A stretch of DNA of 64,000 nucleotides from Candidatus Falkowbacteria bacterium HGW-Falkowbacteria-1. GTDB taxonomy: Bacteria > Patescibacteriota > Patescibacteriia > Patescibacteriales > UBA12465. The stretch lies in assembly GCA_002840305.1 (NCBI GenBank), contig PHAI01000002.1, positions 266,707-330,706 on the forward strand. The letters run 5' to 3'. The notes under the pieces were generated by a model that saw only the letters and a program-made list of their open reading frames with translations, did not search any database and was not told the origin of the DNA. How positions within the stretch are numbered: position 1 is the stretch's first letter; the number at the start of each line of letters is the position of its first letter. Below are positions 61,101 to 64,000 of this stretch, piece by piece. The translations under genes and the position numbers were made by a program.

Positions 61101-61140
61101 ATTAACAACAATCGACGAAGTGTTTAGAGTTGCTAAGTAA
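58114..61140 (+). CDS. pilB: Tandem-duplicated PilB/GspE-type type IV pilus assembly ATPase
   Basis: Two complete modules, each with (S/G)D(I/L)HxE, RIDG, TGPTGSGKTTTLY, EDPIEY, LRQxP, GExRD, TGHLVLST and CxxC/CxxC. Confidence 0.93.
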   Translation: MSGFNSISSLLNKDEEANEDSAQGKFAVKQKEIELKEVERQTQTKASTLGLSYVDLFAFPVSPEAIALIPEEEAEKEKLVCFYYDGENIRVGTTRPENPKIKEMEEYLNKTYFTTSKAYLISENSFKCAMDVYKTIPKVSKVTGGVEIKEEDLERFKSDIKDYKSLNEKINTVNISEVVTLVLATALKVGSSDIHIESEENGIVVRLRIDGVLQEAATIDKIKWKRIISRMKILAGVKINIEDKPQDGRYSIFLKNERVDVRSSFLPTSYGESVVMRLLKSSSVGLSFEDLGIMPQAYEILKKEIEKPNGLILTTGPTGSGKTTTLYAILNKLNQPGTKIITLEDPIEYQLEGVNQSQINAKKGYTFANGLRSILRQDPDIVMIGETRDLETAEISVQASLTGHLVLSTLHTNDSAGVIPRLIDMGIKPYFLVPSINAVIGQRLIRKVCPKCREVHQLNEDEELLVKKILGVISPKSGLSIPTTLPSLYKAGAGCEHCNGLGYKGRIGIYEVFTMDDKLKQLTIDNAPSFKILQQAIENGMITMLQDGILKSLKGLTTLEEVYRVIGDFDYVNELYDVAISKTMGRGIKIKAEDLEKAKNLIKQPESIQGLMREVPTKEIIGILMSLAIKSDAGDLHVEPTEKNVKIRFRIDGVLHDIFELPKDNYLPLLGEIKILIGVETNVKKSTIDGRFTIFMPDSKLDCRVSIISGGFGETVVIRLLTGAGEALDVEKLGLSKYALPVLKRSMVKTRGILLTTGPTGSGKTTTLYSVLKTINTPDVKIITVEDPIEYQMEGIIQTQIDSEGGYTFAAAMRSLLRQNPNIMMIGEIRDKETAEIAIEAALTGHLVLSTIHTNSAAGAVSRFSGLGVERQMLANALECSIGQRLVRKICPFCEKEELVLDDIKLAEIKNILDSIKNPDVIIPSQMKFYRGKGCDKCNNIGYKGRLGLYEALEVSDDVRKIINTESASDKEIEEAAIKNGMVSVIQDGVLKALEGLTTIDEVFRVAK

Positions 61141-61168
61141 AATATAGCCCTTAATTTAAAACAAAAAT

Positions 61169-61750
61169 ATGATAGATAAAAAATTTATTAGCGCCTTAAG
61201 GAAAAACTATTTAGAAAAAAACAGTCAAAGAAGACAAATAATCAGCTCTTCTAATATTGTTCTAAATAATTCCAAAAAGGCGATATTCGCTCTTCACCGA
61301 CAAGACTTTGACTTAGCTGAAAATAACATGAAAGAGTCTGAAAATATAATCAAAAAAATTGAAAAAAGTTTTGGAGCAGACAGAGTGAAGGAAGAGGGCG
61401 CATATTTAGCATCCTTGGAAGAATATACTGAAGCAAAACTATTCTTACAATTTTTAAAAACAGGCAAAATATCAAAAATAAAAGAACTAAATATACCCTC
61501 AGAAGCTTATATCGGCGGTCTTTGTGACTTAAGCGGAGAGCTCATAAGAAAAGCTACCAACGAGGCTATAAACAAAAACTTCCAAGAAATAAAAAAAATA
61601 AAAGAAATTATTAATGACATTCTAAATGAATTAATAGATTTTGACGTTATCGGTTATATGAGAACAAAATATGACCAAGCAAGAGGAAACCTAAAAAAAA
61701 TAGAACAAATGGACTACGAAATAAGCTTGAGAGAAAATTTTAAGAAATAA
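61169..61750 (+). CDS. Translin/TRAX-like protein
   Basis: SKKAIFALHR, EEYTEA, YIGGLCDLSGELIR, MRTKYD. Confidence 0.82.
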   Translation: MIDKKFISALRKNYLEKNSQRRQIISSSNIVLNNSKKAIFALHRQDFDLAENNMKESENIIKKIEKSFGADRVKEEGAYLASLEEYTEAKLFLQFLKTGKISKIKELNIPSEAYIGGLCDLSGELIRKATNEAINKNFQEIKKIKEIINDILNELIDFDVIGYMRTKYDQARGNLKKIEQMDYEISLRENFKK

Positions 61751-61764
61751 TAAAAAAAGATAAA

Positions 61765-62253
61765 ATGAGACTAGCTATAATATCTGATATACATGACAAC
61801 CTGGCCAATGTTGGCCTTTTTTTAAAAATAATAGAAAACGATAACATAGAAAAGATAATTTGTTGTGGGGATGTTTGCAATTCTGAAACCTTAGAATACC
61901 TAAGTAAGAATTTTATCAAAGAAATAATCTTGATTAGAGGAAACATGGAAATATACAAAGAAGACGAAACGGCTAATTACAAAAATATAAACTATTTGGG
62001 AAGATATGGAAATATAAATTTAGATAATATTGAAATAGGAATTTGCCACGAACCATTATTTATGAACAATCTACTACAAGAAAACAAAAAACTAAACTTT
62101 ATTTTTTATGGACATACTCACAAACCATGGATATCAATGAGAGAAAATGCCACACTAATAAACCCTGGAACACTAAGCGGCGTTTTTCAAAAAGCAAGTT
62201 TTGCTATTTTTGACACTAAGACGAAAGATATAAAATTAAAAATACTACAATAA
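61765..62253 (+). CDS. YfcE-like metallophosphoesterase
   Basis: ISDIHDN, CGD, RGN, GHTH, NPG. Confidence 0.92.
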   Translation: MRLAIISDIHDNLANVGLFLKIIENDNIEKIICCGDVCNSETLEYLSKNFIKEIILIRGNMEIYKEDETANYKNINYLGRYGNINLDNIEIGICHEPLFMNNLLQENKKLNFIFYGHTHKPWISMRENATLINPGTLSGVFQKASFAIFDTKTKDIKLKILQ

Positions 62254-62303
62254 ATATAAAAAACCCGTCCCCGCCTATTCAAGGCTCCGGTGTAATAAAA
62301 AAT

Positions 62304-63077
62304 ATGGAAACATTTAAAAAAACAGCCCTTAAGGCCGCAGAACTATCAGCAAAAAAATTAATAAATATATACAACAACTTTGAAAGATCAAGTATAAAAA
62401 TGAAATCGTCACATGAAATAATTACTAGCGCCGACCTGCTGTCAGAAAAAATAATCATCTCTGAAATCAAAAAAAATTTTCCAAAACATCACATATTATC
62501 CGAAGAAACGGGAGATAATAATAAAAAATCTGATTACCTTTGGATAATAGATCCAATAGACGGCACTACTAATTTTTCAATGAAAAATCCTCTCTGGGCC
62601 ATTTCTATAGCCTTGGCCTATAAAAACGAGATTATCCTAGGGGTAGTTTTCGCCCCTATTCTTAAAGAGGTTTACGTTGCGCAAAAAAATAAGGGATCTT
62701 TTCTGAACAATAAGAAAATTAAAGTCTCCAAAATTAAAGGAGAAAAAGTTTTGAACACTTTTTGTCATGGAAGTAAAACTGAAAACATAAAAAAGGCTAT
62801 AAAATACTACAACAAACAAAAATTAAACAATTTTGATTGCCGTCAACTCGGTAGCGCTTCAATTGAATTAGCCTATGTTGCTTGCGGAAGAATAGAATCA
62901 ATAACAATCCCTGGGGCGCATTCTTGGGATGTCGCGGCTGGAGCTCTAATCGTAAAAGAGGCTAACGGAAAAGTAAGCGACTTTAAAAATAAAAACTGGG
63001 ATCTATCCAGTAAAGACATAATAGCTTCAAACGGCTTAGTGCATCAACAAATTATTGACACCGTCAAAAATCTTTAA
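62304..63077 (+). CDS. suhB: Inositol monophosphatase family (SuhB-like)
   Basis: SEE, WIIDPIDGTTNF, GSASIELAYVACG, WDVAAG. Confidence 0.9.
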   Translation: METFKKTALKAAELSAKKLINIYNNFERSSIKMKSSHEIITSADLLSEKIIISEIKKNFPKHHILSEETGDNNKKSDYLWIIDPIDGTTNFSMKNPLWAISIALAYKNEIILGVVFAPILKEVYVAQKNKGSFLNNKKIKVSKIKGEKVLNTFCHGSKTENIKKAIKYYNKQKLNNFDCRQLGSASIELAYVACGRIESITIPGAHSWDVAAGALIVKEANGKVSDFKNKNWDLSSKDIIASNGLVHQQIIDTVKNL

Positions 63078-63091
63078 CAAAAAATAATCGA

Positions 63092-63907
63092 CTATAAGTC
63101 GATTATTTTTTTTATCTCTGATATTTTTTTTCTAGTTTCTTCTTCTGCGTTTCTCATTATGGCTTGAAAAACATCTTTGCTGAAATAAGTTCTTATTCCA
63201 GAATCTTTGGAAAAATTAGAAGAATCTGGATTTATAACCACATCAGAATCTTTTAATGTATTTTTGCTTAAATTAAACAAGGTTATTTCTATGGATCTCA
63301 TAATAACTTTAGAAAAATCTAGCTGTTTATGAAAAAGGCGATACTCATTATAAAGATCAACAGAGATAACAACATCGGCTCCCATTTTTCTAACAACATC
63401 ATCGGGAACGGGATTACTCATCCCTCCATCAACCAAAAATTTATCTTTAAACTTCAACGGAGAAAAAGCCAATGGTATAGAAATGCTAGCCCTAACTGCT
63501 GTTGCCAGGTCACCTTCGTTGAAAATAAAAGAAGACCCAGAAACCAAATCAGTAGAAATTATAGATAAAGGAATTTTTAAATCGCTAAAGCTAGATTTCA
63601 CAAATAGCTTTCTAAAATCATTTTCAAATGTTTTCCCGCTCAAAAAACCATCATTGAAACTAAGATCCCTTAAATAAGAGTATTTTTTTTCTTGTTGTTT
63701 TAAGAAATCGTCCGAAGTTTTTTTAATATCTTTAAAAAGACAATAATGAGCCCCAACCAATGATCCCACGCTACTTCCGGCCACAAAATCGATTGGTATG
63801 TCATTCTCCAACAAAACTTTTATTACCCCAATATGAGCGGACCCCCTAAAACCACCGCTACCCAAGGCTAAACCAACTTTTTTTCTTTTTTTATTATTGC
63901 TTTTCAT
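63092..63907 (-). CDS. Patatin-like phospholipase
   Basis: GSGGFRG, GSSVG, DGG. Confidence 0.92.
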   Translation of the reverse strand: MKSNNKKRKKVGLALGSGGFRGSAHIGVIKVLLENDIPIDFVAGSSVGSLVGAHYCLFKDIKKTSDDFLKQQEKKYSYLRDLSFNDGFLSGKTFENDFRKLFVKSSFSDLKIPLSIISTDLVSGSSFIFNEGDLATAVRASISIPLAFSPLKFKDKFLVDGGMSNPVPDDVVRKMGADVVISVDLYNEYRLFHKQLDFSKVIMRSIEITLFNLSKNTLKDSDVVINPDSSNFSKDSGIRTYFSKDVFQAIMRNAEEETRKKISEIKKIIDL

Positions 63908-63913
63908 AATAAC

Positions 63914-64000
63914 TTATTTATTAAATACTTCCTTAAGATATTTACCAGTATACCCTTTTTTGGCCTTAATGATATCAACTGGAGTCCCACAGGCAACTAG
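63914..64000 (-). CDS. uvrA: 3' end of excinuclease ABC subunit A (partial)
   Basis: Hand translation LVACGTPVDIIKAKKGYTGKYLKEVFNK* resembles the UvrA C-terminus. Confidence 0.7.
   Translation of the reverse strand, partial: LVACGTPVDIIKAKKGYTGKYLKEVFNK

Noticed and set aside
1..64000. CRISPR arrays, tRNA/rRNA genes, IS elements, alternative genetic code
   Set aside because: None found by eye. Long genes are intact in code 11 and TGA is used as a stop.

Overview
AT-rich bacterial chromosome segment in the standard genetic code. Gene content and style (eukaryote-type GlyQS, short ProS, two MreB paralogues, weak SD use, many orphan proteins) suggest Patescibacteria/CPR, probably Parcubacteria (inference). 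Most of it is housekeeping: hisS, dTDP-rhamnose rml genes, rpmE-prfA-prmC, a MacAB-like ABC exporter, mreBCD, proS, ruvA, HU, asnS, rmuC, gyrA, ndk, glyQS, argS, a suhB-like gene and the uvrA 3' end. The main feature is a complete diversity-generating retroelement (DGR) at about 17.9-20.6 kb, with RT, Avd, a 133-bp template repeat (TR) and a target gene whose variable repeat (VR) differs from the TR only at adenines (14 of 27 changed: 13 A>G, 1 A>T). Its layout is unusual. avd lies antisense between TR and RT, and its apparent true start overlaps the RT start head-to-head. A 13-C homopolymer puts that start out of frame, a candidate phase-variable ON/OFF switch for hypermutation. The TR seems to have its own promoter, a structured 5' leader that can pair with the TR 3' end, and a terminator-like hairpin right after it. 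Other points of interest: a probable 6S RNA, boxA-like motifs after several consensus promoters, a REP-like palindrome inserted in frame in a gene, a tandem double PilB ATPase, a translin/TRAX-like protein, an HD hydrolase ending in an ssrA-like tail, a secreted permuted NlpC/P60 + lamin-tail protein missed by the ORF track, and an orphan island with Bacteroidota-like secretion signals. All calls come from manual reading; no database searches were run.
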